Source: Octopus vulgaris (taxonomy: Eukaryota). Taken from it: DNA of 64,000 bases. The DNA is taken from NCBI GenBank assembly GCA_951406725.2, contig OX597838.1, positions 14,694,001 through 14,758,000 of the forward strand, read 5' to 3'. Made by a program: the position numbers and the translations under genes. Shown here piece by piece: positions 15,204 through 29,266 of this stretch (position 1 is the first letter of the stretch; every line of letters begins with the position of its first letter). A model generated the notes under the pieces. That model was not told the origin of the DNA, did no database searches, and worked only from the letters and a program-made list of their open reading frames with translations.

Positions 15204-15371
15204 GCATGTTGTTAACTAGTTACTTTCTTTGAGTGTAAACCCCTGGTTTGTGAGATCACTCTGGGACATTTTGTAGCATGCATAATCAAATAGTCTAATA
15301 ATTAAAGGTATAAACATGAATTCATAGTCAGGGCTGAGAATGTATAGGTTTTAAGTCATTGTCTATAAATA

Positions 15372-15541
15372 AGGCACACGTGTGGCTGTGTGGTAAGAAG
15401 CTTGCTTCCCAACAACATGGTTCCAGGTTCAGTCCCACTGTGTGGTACGTTGGGCAAATGTCTTCTACCATAGCCTCGGGCCAACCAAAGCCTTGTGAGT
15501 TGATTTGGTAGACAGAAACTGAAAGAAGCCTGTCATGTGTG

Positions 15542-15574
<33 letters not shown>

Positions 15575-15775
15575 TTATGTGTATGTGTCTTGGTGTCTGT
15601 TTGTCCCTCCATCACTGCGTGTTGGTGTGTTTACATCCCCATAACTGAACAGTTTGCCAATAGCGACTGATAATATAAGTACCAGGCTTAAAAAAAAAAA
15701 GCCCTGGGATTGATTTGTTTGACTGAAGGTGGTGTTCCAGCATGGCTGCAGTCACATGACTGAAACAAGTAAAAA
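15372..15775 (+). mobile_element. SINE family A, diverged full-length copy
   Basis: gtggctgtgtggtaagaagcttgc head through to the tgactgaaacaagtaaaa tail. Confidence 0.85.
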
Positions 15776-16477
15776 TGTATAAAAGTAAATAACCTCAATT
15801 TCACTGAATTTGGAAGACATATACACAGCCTCAGGCTTGTTTTGATGAAAATATTTCACCAATATTCCTCAAGTTGATGATATTTATATACATACATACA
15901 TACATAGATGCATGTATACATGTATAGAGAGATGGCTATGTGTATGTATTTCTTTTCTTTTTAAGATTGAAGTTCCTTGGCACAATTCAAGCTGATGTTT
16001 ACCATTCTCAATACCACTCACTCTATAACATTCTCTACACCATGCATTCCTAGAAATATATACACTTGTACACACATTCTTCCTTTCTCTCACTCTCTTC
16101 TCATCCAACCATAAAAAACCACGCCGGCTTGCCAGCTCCTGTCAAGCTGTCCAACCCATACCAGCATGGGAAACAGACATTTGATGATGATGATGATGAT
16201 GTGATGTGTATACATATAAGTGTGTCTGTGTGTGTGTGTGCACATGCTTGCATATATATATGTATATATGCGTATTTTTTGCTCATTGGTGACGTCCTGC
16301 ACTTAATGTGTATTTTTTCATTTTTATATATATATGCATGTTTGCATATGTGTGTGTATGCATGTGTGCATTTGTATGTACATGCATATGCGTGTATGCA
16401 TATAGGCATGAGTGTGTATGTGTATGCATATAAGCATGAGTGTGTGTATACTTGTATTTTTATATATCTGTGAGCAC

Positions 16478-16510
<33 letters not shown>

Positions 16511-16532
16511 AATATACACATGCATATGTTTT

Positions 16533-16568
<36 letters not shown>

Positions 16569-17247
16569 CATACATACATACATACATACACACACACGTA
16601 TATATTAACAGTTTGAGTCACTGAAAGTTCATAGACAAATCTGTATGTAAATCTAACTTGTAGGCATCCTGATAAATTAGTCTTACTTCTGTGAACGTTC
16701 AAGTAACGTAAGACTGTGGTAGTCTATAAATAATATTTAGCTTCGACAATGTGTTGAGTGCTTTAAAAAAAAAAAAAAATTCTATACACTCACTTGTGTG
16801 TGTGTGTGTGTAACAAACAGAGGAATGGTACATAAGAAATCTTGAAATCCCCTGCAGGCAATCTCTGCAGTAGCTGTGTAACGAATGCTCCCAGTCTGCA
16901 TTGTAGAGTGCGTGGTGATAGAAAAAGGTACCCAAGTGTAAAAACCATTCTGAAAATACCAATGTGTATTGTAATAAGAAATAGTTGCAGCTGTGGCTGT
17001 GTGGTTGCATTCGCTTCCCAGCCATGTGGTCTTGGGTTCAGTGCCATTGTATGATACCTTGGGCAAATGACTTCGAGCTATAGTCCTGGACTGACCAAAG
17101 CATTGTGAGTGCAAACTGAAAAAAAGCCCATTGAGTGTGAGTGTGTGTATATATATATGAGTCACTGCTAGATGTGTCAAAATAATTGTCGTGATTAATA
17201 ATAAATTCACATATATTCCATCTTCCTTCTTTTATATTTGCCATATA

Positions 17248-17279
<32 letters not shown>

Positions 17280-17322
17280 AAGATATATATGATTAATATA
17301 TATATATGTATATATATGATGA

Positions 17323-17394
<72 letters not shown>

Positions 17395-18179
17395 TGCTAC
17401 TTTGGTATGGGATCTACATAGCCAATGTAATCTACAAGAGTCAAATTCTACTTTAGTATGCAACCTACATGTTTCATTTATTTATTATGGCTTCAATAAA
17501 ACATTCTTGCATTTTTATACATTTATTAAAAAAAATTAAAATGAAGCAGATTTGAAACAAGTTTACTAATGTTATGGGTGAAATGAACAAACATCAGCTA
17601 GAAAAATAAAAGTAGATAATTAAAATTTTTATACATTTATTATTAACACTTACTCTTCAAAAAAGTCCTAAGCAATCTGTTGCACAAATTTTAATGACAA
17701 AATCTTATGCGAACTCTGCAATGGTCATGTGGATTCTTGTTTGAGAACCATTGGAGTAGAGTTTCCTTCTGTTGCCTCCCACTTCTTTTAATTGTTGGTT
17801 CAAGTAGCTCTGACATATTCAACTTGGAAATAAACCTTCAACTAGTGCCACTACATGGCACTTGTGAGTTAACACCTTTTACAGTGGCCCCCAAATTGAT
17901 CAATTCCTTATGAGGGAACTTGATAGATGATAACTTTCTAAAGCCTGTCGTGTGTGCTTATGTATATGTTTGCATCTCCACCTGCCGACTGGTGTTGGTT
18001 TGTTTGTGTCCCTGTTTGGCAAGCTCAATGAGACTGAGTACCAGTCTTAAGAAAAGAAGAGTACTGAGGTTGATTTGATCAACTAAATTAGTGTCTCAAC
18101 CTTTTTTTTTACCTATGGAACCCTTTGAGTCCTATTTGGCTAGGATAAACCCTCTTTTCCATTTGATGTAAACATAACC

Positions 18180-18545
18180 TTGAGATTTTTATGATGTGAT
18201 TGTTTATTTTTAGAATGACATTGTAGGGTACGTGTGAGAGGCTGGATCTGGACAGTTTCAAAATAAAAATTGGTAGAATATATGGGTTGGATGTGACAGG
18301 TTTAACCCTTTAGTGTTCGCATTATTCTACCAAAATTAAGGCTTCTTCATCCACATTCTTTTTAATTGATCATGCATTATCTTGTAACTATGAGATTTTG
18401 ATGAGGTAGCTGTTAATTTTTAAAACGATATTGTAGGGTTGGTGTGAGAGACCAGATCTGGCCAGTTTGAACATAAAACAGGCAGAATACTTTTGGCCGG
18501 ATATGGCCGGTTTAAATGCTAAAGAGTTAAATGCTAAAAGGTTAA
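18180..18545. mobile_element. Family E MITE (18302-18530) nested in the TTAA of an older family E copy
   Basis: The inner copy is bounded by TTAA; the outer terminus atgctaaaaggttaa resumes at 18531. Confidence 0.75.
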
Positions 18546-20922
18546 GGTGGTATCCCAGAATGGCCGCAATTGAATGGCCAACTAAGAAGAGTGGAAGACC
18601 TACTTCTGCTCATTTTTGTATGGAAGGCACTTACAGTCTGAGACCAATGGATTCTGTGTGTGTGTGTGTGTGTGTGTGTTTGTGAAACATATTCCAGTTG
18701 CGGAACACAGACATTTTAGCTATCTTTCTGACCCCATCTTGTCAACAGTCATGAGGATGTTTTGTCAAAACACCACACAAAAAAAAAAAGAAATTTAAAA
18801 AAATAAACAAAGAACAAAAGAAAGAAAATAAAAAAAGCCAGGACACGTAGAGCCATTATCAAGCTGGTTGCTATTCTAGTCAACTTGAATTACAGTTGTA
18901 TGACAGAGAGAAATTTAGCTGATTGGAATTTCTCATCTGGTCTACAATCCACTGCTGAGTCATTTCAGCTGACTTTTTCTAAGTCTAGCTTGCTGCCTAG
19001 CTCCATTAGCTAGTTAGATTGCTAGATAGCTATCCTGTTAGCTATTCTAGCTAGCAACAGATTTAATAATAAATTGTTTGGTTGGATATTATGGCATTAT
19101 TTCCCCACCCTTCCAGGTCAGCCATGATGGAACAGAATTTTCCTGTCACAGCCTTTTAAGGTTATCTACCTAACAATAAAATGTTTTAGTGTCTTTCTTT
19201 GTATTTAAGAATTGAGGGTGATTTTGTGGCTATTTCTAGCAGGTCAAGCAGCCATGTACAGGTTTGATTGTTGTGTTTATTTCCCGGATAAGCTCTGATA
19301 GAACTGACAGGCCTCTAATCAGACATCCCAACCGTGACCATTTGTCCTATTTTATTCAGACATAGGACAATGTAGTCTACCTGTTTTTCTAAGACGCTTA
19401 GCAATCTGAAACCCACTGACCTTGTGTGTGTGTGTGTGTGCATGCTCCTATCCCAGTTTTAAAACAGTTTTAATATCTTTTACGTTTTACTGTGGCCATG
19501 CTGGGGCACCATCTTGAACAGTTTTCATCAAACAAATCACACCCCCCCAGTACTTTTTTAAAAAAAGTTAGGTACTTATGCTGTCAGTTACTATTGTTGA
19601 ACTGCTAAGTTACGAGGGACGTAAACAAAACATCAGTTGTCAAGTAAGTGGAAGGAGACAAAGATGCACATGCACATATACAACAGGCTTCCACCCAGTT
19701 TCCATCGACCAAATTCACTCTGAAGACATTGATCGACCTGGGGCTATCGTAGAAGATGCTTGCCCAAGGTGCCATGCAGTGGGGCTAAAACCCAAACCAT
19801 ACGGATGGATGCAAAAGGAAGTTCTTAACCACTTATTTCTGTCCGCTAACATCATAATATTATATACTAACTGTATTTAATGAAATTATCCCTTTTTTTT
19901 AATTCATTGAAATTGCCCATTTTAGGTAGGATTTTATTTTTATTTTGATATATGTTTGTGACATTATTTTGTTATGTCAGATATTTCAGTTGTGTTTGAA
20001 ATTGCTCCATAGATAAAGGTTATGCAGTGCATGAAACTCAAAACTTATTTCATTCGAAGGGAAAGGTGGTTAGTTGATTTAATAATCCCCCATGTACCGA
20101 TACTTTATCAACCCCTGAAGGGGACAATTGATGAAGTCGACTTCTTTGGGATTTAAATTTAAATGACCTTGGTGGAATTTGATTAACAATAAATAATGAT
20201 AACTTTTAATAATAATGGTTTCTAATTTAGGCACAAGGCCGCAGATTTAATTAGGTCATGCTAGAATGTGTTATGGTAATGATGATTGGTGGTGGTAGTT
20301 GTGGTGGTGGTGGTGGTGATAGTGGTGGTACTGCTTCTTTCAGGTTAAATATGCAGGTTGTGTGAAATGTTCTCAAGAACTGAACTGACTTGATGATACT
20401 GCTACCATTACTACTACTACTACTACTACTACTACTATCACCGCCACCGCCGCTCTATCCATTCAATGGTGACTGTCTAAAATCTCAAGTCTCTGGTTTT
20501 TGTATCCTGCATTCGCTCATTACTGTATTATATTACCACTTATCTAGATTGTCTCCTTTACTCGTTTCTTGGTGTTGTTGGTATTTAACCCTAGGTAAGG
20601 TCTTGATCCAGCAGGACCATAATCTTTGGTGTCCCAGCTATGTCCTTCCTGTTTTCAGACATAATTTAAAACTAGGGTTACATGATCTAGTATGACCCTC
20701 TCTTTTTATTACAACAAGGTGTTGTTCAAGTGGACCTGGCAGCTATTTCTACTAGGTTAAGGGAGCATGTAAATGTATCTATCATTAGTCCCTGATTCTT
20801 GTCCAAATACTGAATGACAGATTAATTGCTTTGTATTTATGTCCCTCTGTGTTGTGAGTTAAAACACTGAACAAGTTGACTTTGCTTTTTATCCTTTTGC
20901 AAGTTGACAAAATATATACCAG

Positions 20923-21362
20923 GGTGGCACATAAAAAGCACCATCCGTTCGTGGCCGTTGCCAGCCTCGCCTGGCCTCCGTGCCGGTGGCACATAAAAAG
21001 CACCATCCGATCGTGGCCATTTGCCAGCCTCGCCTGGCCTCCGTGCCGGTGGCACGTAAAAGGCACCATCCGTTTGTGGCTGTTGCCAGCCTCGTCTGGC
21101 CCCCGTGCCGGTGGCACGTAAAAGGCACCATCCGTTCGTGGCCGTTTGCCAGACTTGTCTGGCACCTGTGCCGGTGGCACATAAAAAGCACCCACTACAC
21201 TCATGGAGTGGTTGGCGTTAGGAAGGGCATCCAGCTGTAGAAACACTGCCAGATCAAACTGAGCCTGGTGCAGCCTTCTGGCTTCCCAGACCCCAGTTGA
21301 ACCGTCCAACCCATGCTAGCATGGAAAGCGGATGCTAAACGATGATGATGATGATGATGATA
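20923..21362 (+). mobile_element. RTE-tailed SINE-like element with 4+ tandem 62-63 bp 5' units
   Basis: Unit ggtggcac-taaaa-gcaccatccg-tcgtggcc-ttgccag...gtgcc starts at 20923, 20985, 21048, 21110 and 21173; (GAT)n tail. Confidence 0.88.
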
Positions 21363-22627
21363 AATACCGAGAGGTCAGTGCAATTGGTTTACACTACATC
21401 TCCATCATCATCATCATGTTCATTTTCCATGCTGGCATGGGTTTGACCAGAGCTGGGCAGCTGAAGAGCTGCTCAGGCTCCACGTCTGTTTAGATTAAAT
21501 TTAAAACAAAGTTTGTATCATAGAACTTGAGTGGTCTTACTTGGGTAAGTTGATATCAAGAGGGTTAAGATGGTAAGATGCAACCTGAGAGATATTTGAT
21601 TTCCTCTTTTAACAGCTTGGGTGGCACCGGAAGTGACCTGGCTGGCCAGTGTCATTGAAGTTCTGGTGTGATGTCTGATACCAGCCACTGCACCTTTCCT
21701 CCTTCCTTCCAAAATATGGGGTCTTGTTACTTATGTAAGAAATCAATCCATCCCCCATTACCATCATCATAATCTGTCAGCTATGACATGTAATATCAGA
21801 GAGCAGTGTCTATAGCCCCCCCCCTCACTCTGTCTCCACCACTAACATCACTCTACCTTCACCACCACCACCACTATCATCACCATCATCACTGCCGCTA
21901 CCACTACTTCTGTGTACAACTACAACTATTACCATCATCACTCTCACTGTCATAGTGTCCTTGATTTTTTTTTACTTCATATGTGGTACAGCCAGAACAA
22001 TATAGAATCCTATAAAGTTCACAATAAAGAATTCATGTCTTTTAATAAGTGATAACAGTTTGTGAGCCGTGCATGTGTGTGCGTAGAGGTGAGTATGGCT
22101 GTAGACAGATGTTAAATGTTAAATTTTGCAATATGTGTAATGCTGTCTCTAGCCTCAGAGCAACAACAGCATTTGCACATAGATATATGAAATCTTAATA
22201 TCACATATTGCTTGATATCCTGAGCTGAAATTTTGTGTGCAGATAGAAATCTAACTATACTGGAATTTTGATTATATATATATATATATCATCATCGTTT
22301 AACGTCCGTTTTCCGCGCTAGCACGGGTTGGACGGTTCGACCGGGGTCTGGGGAGCCAGGGGCTGCCCCAGGCTCCAGTCTGATCTGGCAGTGTTTCTAC
22401 AGCTGGATGCCCTTCCTAACGCCAACCACTCCGAGGGGCCTGGCATCGGCCACGATCAGTTGGTGCTTTTTTTTTTTTTTATATATATATATGTATATAT
22501 ATATATACACAGATACTAAAATTATAATAATTATATATTATTATATTAGCATGTTAATATATGTATAAATTCTATAATTATTATTATATAAATGATTATA
22601 TAACTCTTCTCCAAAGATTATTGAGAC

Positions 22628-22820
22628 ATTGAGGTCCTGGAAATAATTGTTAAGCCCTGGATAGACAATGTATGCAATGGAAGGCCGTACGTGTTTCAGT
22701 AAGACTCCGCAGTATCACACATGGCTCTAGTAACACAGGAATGGATGGCTGAAAATTTTCATGATCACATAACCCCTAACATTCGGCCTCCTAATTCTCC
22801 AGGTCTCAATCCATTGGATT
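22628..22820 (+). pseudogene. Tc1/mariner DD37D (maT-type) transposase remnant, catalytic region
   Basis: Translates IEVLEIIVKPWIDNVCNGRPYVFQ*DSAVSHMALVTQEWMAENFHDHITPNIRPPNSPGLNPLD; 37 residues lie between the 2nd and 3rd Asp; in-frame stop. Confidence 0.85.
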
Positions 22821-24050
22821 GAAAGCACAGTTGATTTTTGTGCTTTTAAAGATATGTAGAATAAATGATTAGGATTAAGGGTGTGGAAAAACTGCTTAGG
22901 TTTAAGGATGGGAAAGACATCTGGTTGTAAAACAATGCCGCAACAACATATTTACCTAACCCATGAAAGCACAGAAAAACAGAATTATAAAGGCATACAT
23001 GAATTGATAGATACACAAGAGCTGAAGTAGTGTAGTTTTTAGTTTGTCTGTTACATTGAATCACTGAAAATGCTCTATGACTCAAAATGTGTAACTGCTG
23101 TGACTGCCTAATTCCTTTTCTCTCTCTTTCAATCTCCACCCATTAATTTATCTAATCCATTTTCTTGATAATTTTTTTCTCTCTCAGCTCAGCCACTGCT
23201 TTCTCCTTCCACATTCATATAGTGGAAGACAGAAACCAGTGACCAAAAAAAAAAAATCACTTGGCCTATCATATAGAAGATTCTAGTCATAACTTAGTCA
23301 CTGTCTTTAATAAGGTCAATGCCTACCCGGAGATGGCATTGGTTGGACACAAAATACATATATGCACTTATATTTTGTGTGTGTGGATATATATATATAT
23401 ATTTTACACATGCTTGCATAGGCATAGATATATGTAAACATAAATGTATATATGTATGTGTGTAAGAGAGATCATTTTATAGTACTCAAGACACAGAAGG
23501 GCTACTTAAGTTTTGTGTTGCTGGACACTTATTCTACTCAGAAACAATGAATTGTGGACATGCTAGGGCAACACCTTCCAAGAGTTATTTGTTGATCATA
23601 TCAATCCCACTACTTATTTTAATTTGGTACTTGTTTTATCAATGTCCACTTGTTGGGAGATGTGCAAGAAACACATTCCAATTAAACTTCAAGTGCCTTC
23701 GACTACCACAATGCATAATTTCAAGGTTGGGATGCAGACTTGTGATCAAATGGAAAGTTGGGGAACTACTGATTTACATATACAAGTCCAACCCATGCTA
23801 GCATGGAGAACGGACGTTAAACGACGATGATGATGATGATGATGAAGTGTATCTAAGACTACACTGTCTAATGTGTCCTCCCTTGTTTTGTTAGATGATA
23901 ATGGGTGTGTGATTTATGAGAGACTTTGTCTCTCACATTTGCTTTATCTCATGGTTGTTCTGTGAGTCAAGCTCAGTTTTTTTCCTCGGTTGACGCAAGA
24001 AATATGTACTCTACTCAGCACCACCTTGTTTTATGTCTATTGTTGAGGAC

Positions 24051-24089
<39 letters not shown>

Positions 24090-25127
24090 TGCCTGTGTAT
24101 TATTTCCCACTGGATTTCTAAATTCTCAGATGAATAAGCAAATTGACCAGAAAGGTGACATGGAATGGGGTAGGTGTTTAAGTGTCTATGTATCTGTTTG
24201 TGTGTGTGTGTGTGTTGGTGCCATGTAGACAGTGCATGTCCTTTATGTATATAAAGTTGTGTGTCTGTGTGTCTTAATTTTTATTGAAACACACTCATAC
24301 ATACATGCATATTAATACTTTTGTAATCTTGTCTGTGTTAGCGAGAGAGAGAGAGGGGGGGGAGGAGGAGGAGAGATCACAAGCTTAGGAAATGGGGGAC
24401 CATTGCTTCAATAGATAATTTTTTTTTGTCTTTGTTTTTGTTTTTGTATTGTTTACTTCAAAAGCCTTTCTCCCTCCTCCTCCTCCTCCTCCTTTTTTTT
24501 CTTCTTCTTAATGTCAAATTTAATCTTTTTCTATTGGGAAGCTAAATGAATCAAGACAACTGTTCTGCTAGAATTTTTGTCTGGATTTGGCATCAGTTTA
24601 TTTTGAAATGGGGGGAATTTAGTGAAACAAAGCTTTTTGCTCTGGCTTCTGCTGTTTCTCTTAGAGAAAAAAAAAAAAAATAATTAAAAAATAATTTTTA
24701 AAAAAAAACCATATTCCTTTGGCAAAAATATTTGAATATTTTATTAAACTTTTATTTGGCACAGGAAGTTGCAAATATTTGGGCTATAAATAGATTTTGG
24801 TTGGTTTAAAACAGAGTTGTTGCTGTAATAGCTGTTTATTAGCCCTCAAGGTTTAGCTTTGATAGAGTAGACCTATGATCAGAGATGTTCCATCCATGAC
24901 CCTCCCGAGAGAGCAGATCTATGATCAAAGACATTCCATCCACAACCATTCTAATTTTTTTACTGAAAATGGTAGTGTTTGCTCTGAAGGTGACTTTTGG
25001 TTGCTATTTCTAGCAGCCTGGTTGGCTGTATTGAGGCTTCTTTGTTGCCGTATATCGTTTTGTTAACCTAAGTCAGCCCTGATTGAAGCTGCGACCTTTC
25101 TGTCTGGTTTTTCATCCAGGTATTTTT

Positions 25128-25452
25128 AAGACCTCTTTTGGTCCTGAGTGACCATGGGATTGCATCTAAAAAATTTCCCCTCAGAGGCACAAGTCTAGGC
25201 AAGGTTGTTTTTTATGGAAGACCAGCAGTCACCTATGCATACCAACAACTGTTGTTATCCAAAGGAAAGGCAAAGGGGCCCGATACAGCTTGGCACCAGT
25301 GACATCACAACTCATTTCTACAGCTGAGTGAACTGGAGCAATGTGAAATTGTCTTGCTCAAGAACACAACACACAGCCTGAACACAGGAATTGAGCCCAC
25401 AACCACACAATTGTAAGTAAGCCTGATGCTCTAACCACCAAGCCATGTGTCT
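25128..25452 (-). mobile_element. SINE family D
   Basis: Reverse complement of 31643-31985. Confidence 0.8.
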
Positions 25453-25580
25453 TCACACCCAGATATAATGTATTTAACATTGTATCCTTTGATTTTAATA
25501 ATCCAGTTCTCAATGACATAACAACGGAGCAATTGTCCAACACATGGCTTGTCTTCAACACTGGTTTCCTCTTCTTTCAA

Positions 25581-25873
25581 GAGGTCAATGAACAAGCCCA
25601 TAACACCAAAGATTCTTTGAAAGCCGCCATAGTCAGAGTAATATCCAAAATGAATCAGGACCACTTGATTCGAGCATGTAGATGATTTAGATCTCATATA
25701 GAAGCAGTTATTGAAGCTGAAGGTGGCTTTATTGAATAACATTATAGAAAAGAAGGTTTATTTTTATCCTCATAGCATTTTTTGATAAATATAGTTATTA
25801 TCTGTTATATATCTGTGTTTTTTTTTTAATATAAACATAAATCTGTCCTCAAATATCTTACGCACCCTCTGCA
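25581..25873 (+). pseudogene. DD37D-type transposase C-terminus plus putative 3' TIR
   Basis: EVNEQAHNTKDSLKAAIVRVISKMNQDHLIRACR*FRSHIEAVIEAEGGFIE* (stop at 25737-25739). Ends tatcttacgcaccctctg, a mariner-like terminus. Confidence 0.75.
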
Positions 25874-26873
25874 TGTATGTATGTATTGTGTATGCGTGTG
25901 TATATAATTTTCTTAGGTTTAATACTGTATTTGCGATTAATTTAATATTTTCAATTAAATATATTTTTTTTGGTCTAGTGGCAAATTACCATAATTATTG
26001 ATAATTAATGAATAATATTTTACTACAGAAGTTAATGAGATTAAACTCTCTAGCTGCTGTTCTGGCAATCAAATCTATATTTCTTTCCCTTCCTACCAAT
26101 GTTTTACCAATCATACCAAATTTACACATATAACACAGCAACAGGGGCGACTTTTGTGTGGATGCAGTACGGCCTAATGGTTAAGAAGTTTGTTCCACAA
26201 TCATGAAAGTCTCTGGTTCAATCTCCCTGTATGACATCTTGTGCAAGTGTCTTTTACCACAGCCACATGTTGACTGAAGCTTTGCGGGTGGAATTGGGTA
26301 GATATCAACTGTATCAAAATCATCATCATTGTTTAACGTTTGCCTTACAAGCTCCCATGGGTTGGATGGTTTGACAGGTGCCAACCAGGCAGAAGACTAC
26401 ACCAGGCTTCTCTGCCTGTTTTGGCATGTTTTTTTTTAACGGTTGGATGCCCTAACACCAACCACCCTGCAGAGTACCTGTAATTAAAATTTGACGCCTT
26501 GTCACTCAATGTATTATGTTGCTTACTTGAGAATTATGTTTGACACAGTTTTGTGCAATACTCAGCCGCTTGTACTATAACTCAATGAGCAGGCAACCCA
26601 GTTGGTTGAACAACTGAATACACTTTTTGCCAAAACTAATGGAGATTTCTTCTCCTAATATATATAAATTTTCCTGTATCCTTGGTTCCAAATTTTCCCA
26701 TATCTTTGGTATGCCATATATTTCCCCCATATGCTTGGTTCCGAAGCCTTGATGGATTAACTGTTTTGCAGTCCCATCTGTGGTCACATAATACTAATTC
26801 ATCAACACACCTCTAACCTGCTAATTACACACCTGCCATGTGTCAGAAGTGCCATAGATACTTCACAGCTTAT

Positions 26874-27257
26874 AGTGGAGGCGCAATGGCCCAGTGGTTA
26901 GGGCAGCGGACTCGCGGTCGTAGGATCGCGGTTTCGATTCCCAGACCGGGCATTGTAAGTGTTTATTGAGCGAAAACACCTAAAGCTCCACGAGGCTCCG
27001 GCAGGGATGGTGGTGATCCCTGCTGTACTCTTTCACCACAACTTTCTCTCACACTTACTTCCTGTTTCTGTTGTACCTGTATTTCAAAGGGCCGGCCTTG
27101 TCACTCTCTTGTGCCACGCTGAATATCCCCGAGAACTACGTTAAGGGTGCACGTGTCTGTGGAGTGCTCAGCCACTTACACGTTAATTTCACTAGCAGGC
27201 TGTTCCGTTGATCGGATCAACCGGAACCCTCGTCGTCGTAACCGACGGAGTGCTTCC
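26874..27257 (+). mobile_element. tRNA-derived SINE family C, young full-length copy with a 14-bp TSD
   Basis: A-box tggcccagtggtt and B-box ggtttcgattccc; CpG-rich. TSD acttcacagcttat at 26860-26873 and 27258-27271. Confidence 0.92.
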
Positions 27258-27466
27258 ACTTCACAGCTTATGTACCCAAACACCAAAATCCATTTTTTTC
27301 AACAGTTCTACTTATTGCTGGATTGATAGTGGCTAGTGTTCACATTTGATACCCTCACTGACACATTCACCTCTCTTACCTGAAGTAGCCATGGCTAAAA
27401 GATAACTTCAAGCTAAATGAGCAGAGGTTTGCTCAAAATTTTGGTTATCACCACTAACAAAAAGCT

Positions 27467-27790
27467 GGCACTCCATCAGTTAAGACAACGAGGGTACCAG
27501 TTGATTCATATCGATAGAAGAGCCTGCTTGTCAAATTAACATGCAAGTGGCTGAGTATTCTACAGACACGTGTACCCTTAATGTAGCTCTCAGAGCGATT
27601 CAGCGTGACACAGAATGTGATAAGGCTGGCCCTTAGAAATACAGCTACTACTTATTTTTGTCAACTGAGTGGACTGGAGCAATGTGAATGAAATAAAGTG
27701 TCTTGCTCAAGGACACAATGTGTTGCCAGGAATTGAACTCACAGCCTTACAATCATGAGCCAAATACCCTAACCACTAAGCCACCCACCT
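27467..27790 (-). mobile_element. SINE with the family C 3' tail but a family D-like head/core
   Basis: The 3' part of about 190 bp is the reverse complement of 27075-27253. The head carries cttgagcaagacactttatttca...ttgctccagtccactcag, as in family D. Confidence 0.8.
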
Positions 27791-28050
27791 TGACCATGTA
27801 CTAACAAGTGCAGCATAAATAATGCATATAAATACAGTGCACATAGAACCACCTATAGTCGTGCAGTGAACTAGGCCAGTAGCCATGGGATTTTCCTGTT
27901 CCCCCTCATAATTTATCTGGATTAAAGGAGATATTGAACTGTCAGCCCATCAGCAGGTTGTGTGTTTTCCTCTACATGCACATGGACACATGCACACAAA
28001 CACATCCACATAGTAAGTAGCTAATCAAGACTATAATATTTTATCAATAT

Positions 28051-28279
28051 TTAACCCTTTAGCATTTAAACCGGCCATATCTGGCCAAAAATATTCTACC
28101 TGTTTTATGTTCAAACTGGCCAGATCTGGTCTCTCACACCAACCCTACAATATCATTTTAAAAATTAACAGTTACCTCATCAAAATCTCATAGCACCAAG
28201 ATAATGCCTGATTAGCTCAAGGCAATGTGGATAAAAAAGGATTAATTTTGGCAGAATAATGCAAACACTAAAGGGTTAA
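28051..28279. mobile_element. piggyBac-type MITE family E (TTAA TSD, CCCTTTAG TIR)
   Basis: TTAA|CCCTTTAG ... CTAAAGGG|TTAA. Further copies at 30476-30702, 35445-35673, 37461-37690, 40319-40545, 40568-40790, 44861-45059, 50856-51066, 61837-62052 and 62148-62376. Confidence 0.9.
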
Positions 28280-28930
28280 AGTTTAAGTAATTTACTCTAC
28301 CACTCGAAAATCTTTGTTATATTGAAAATTAATTGCAACACATAATCGGTTTACCTATCAAAGAAATGCAGATATTTAAAGGGGTTGACAAATATTTTAA
28401 AAGCCTATAATTTTCTTTTCATTCCATTTCTAAGACCAGCTATTTCCATCAATTAATTTAATTCCAAAAATATGCACTAGCGCGGGTGGAGGTCTTGTAA
28501 CTGATATGAATGAAGCTGAAGAACTGCAACATTTTAGCTAACTGGTAGTCAAGAATTTATTCTAAATAATTAGACAAGCACAGACGAATTAACTTTTCCT
28601 TTATAATGGAGTAGGTAGGCATGTGGCATGTGTGAAAGTGGAGGTGGTATGTCAGATGGATTGTAAAAGCTTGGTGGCTAAACATAGTGCCAGTACTACA
28701 CTGGAAAATTAGATAAAACAGCATGAGAAGAGAAACAAAGAGCAGAGCAGAGACTAATGTAACAAAAGATTAGATTAGCAAGTTTTTGTTTCAGCCATAT
28801 CATCATGATTTAACCACCATATTCTATGCCAGCATGGGTTGGATGATTCAACAAGATCCAACAAGCCTGAAGGCTGTGTTGGTCTTCAGTGCCTGCTTTG
28901 GCAAGGTGTCTATGGTTGGATGCCTTAGAT

Positions 28931-29266
28931 TAGTGGTCCTCAACTAGGGTCTATATGGACCCTCAGGGCCCATATAAGGTTTTTGGAGGTCCATGCAACA
29001 TTATAGTAAATCTGGGATCCACAATCGTATTTCAAGAGCCCCTGAAAAAAATTTGCTTTCGATTTATGTATTGCGAGAAACAACTGGGTTTCTTTCTCTA
29101 ATGCTTTATGTAGTTCACCCTGCACAATTTAATGTGTACACAAAATATGAATTTTGATAGAAGTTTCTATAAAGCTAGTTTTTAAACATAGAATGGCTGT
29201 GGGGAGACTACCAGAATAAAATAGTAATCAAAGGGCTCCATAAATATAAAATGGTTGAGAACACCT
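28931..29266. mobile_element. hAT-type MITE family G
   Basis: TIR tagtggtcctcaac / gttgagaacacctg with imperfect 8-bp TSD ccttagat/ccttagta. Confidence 0.75.

Noticed and set aside
26877-26950. tRNA gene
   Set aside because: It has A/B boxes but no complete cloverleaf; it is the head of a TSD-flanked SINE.
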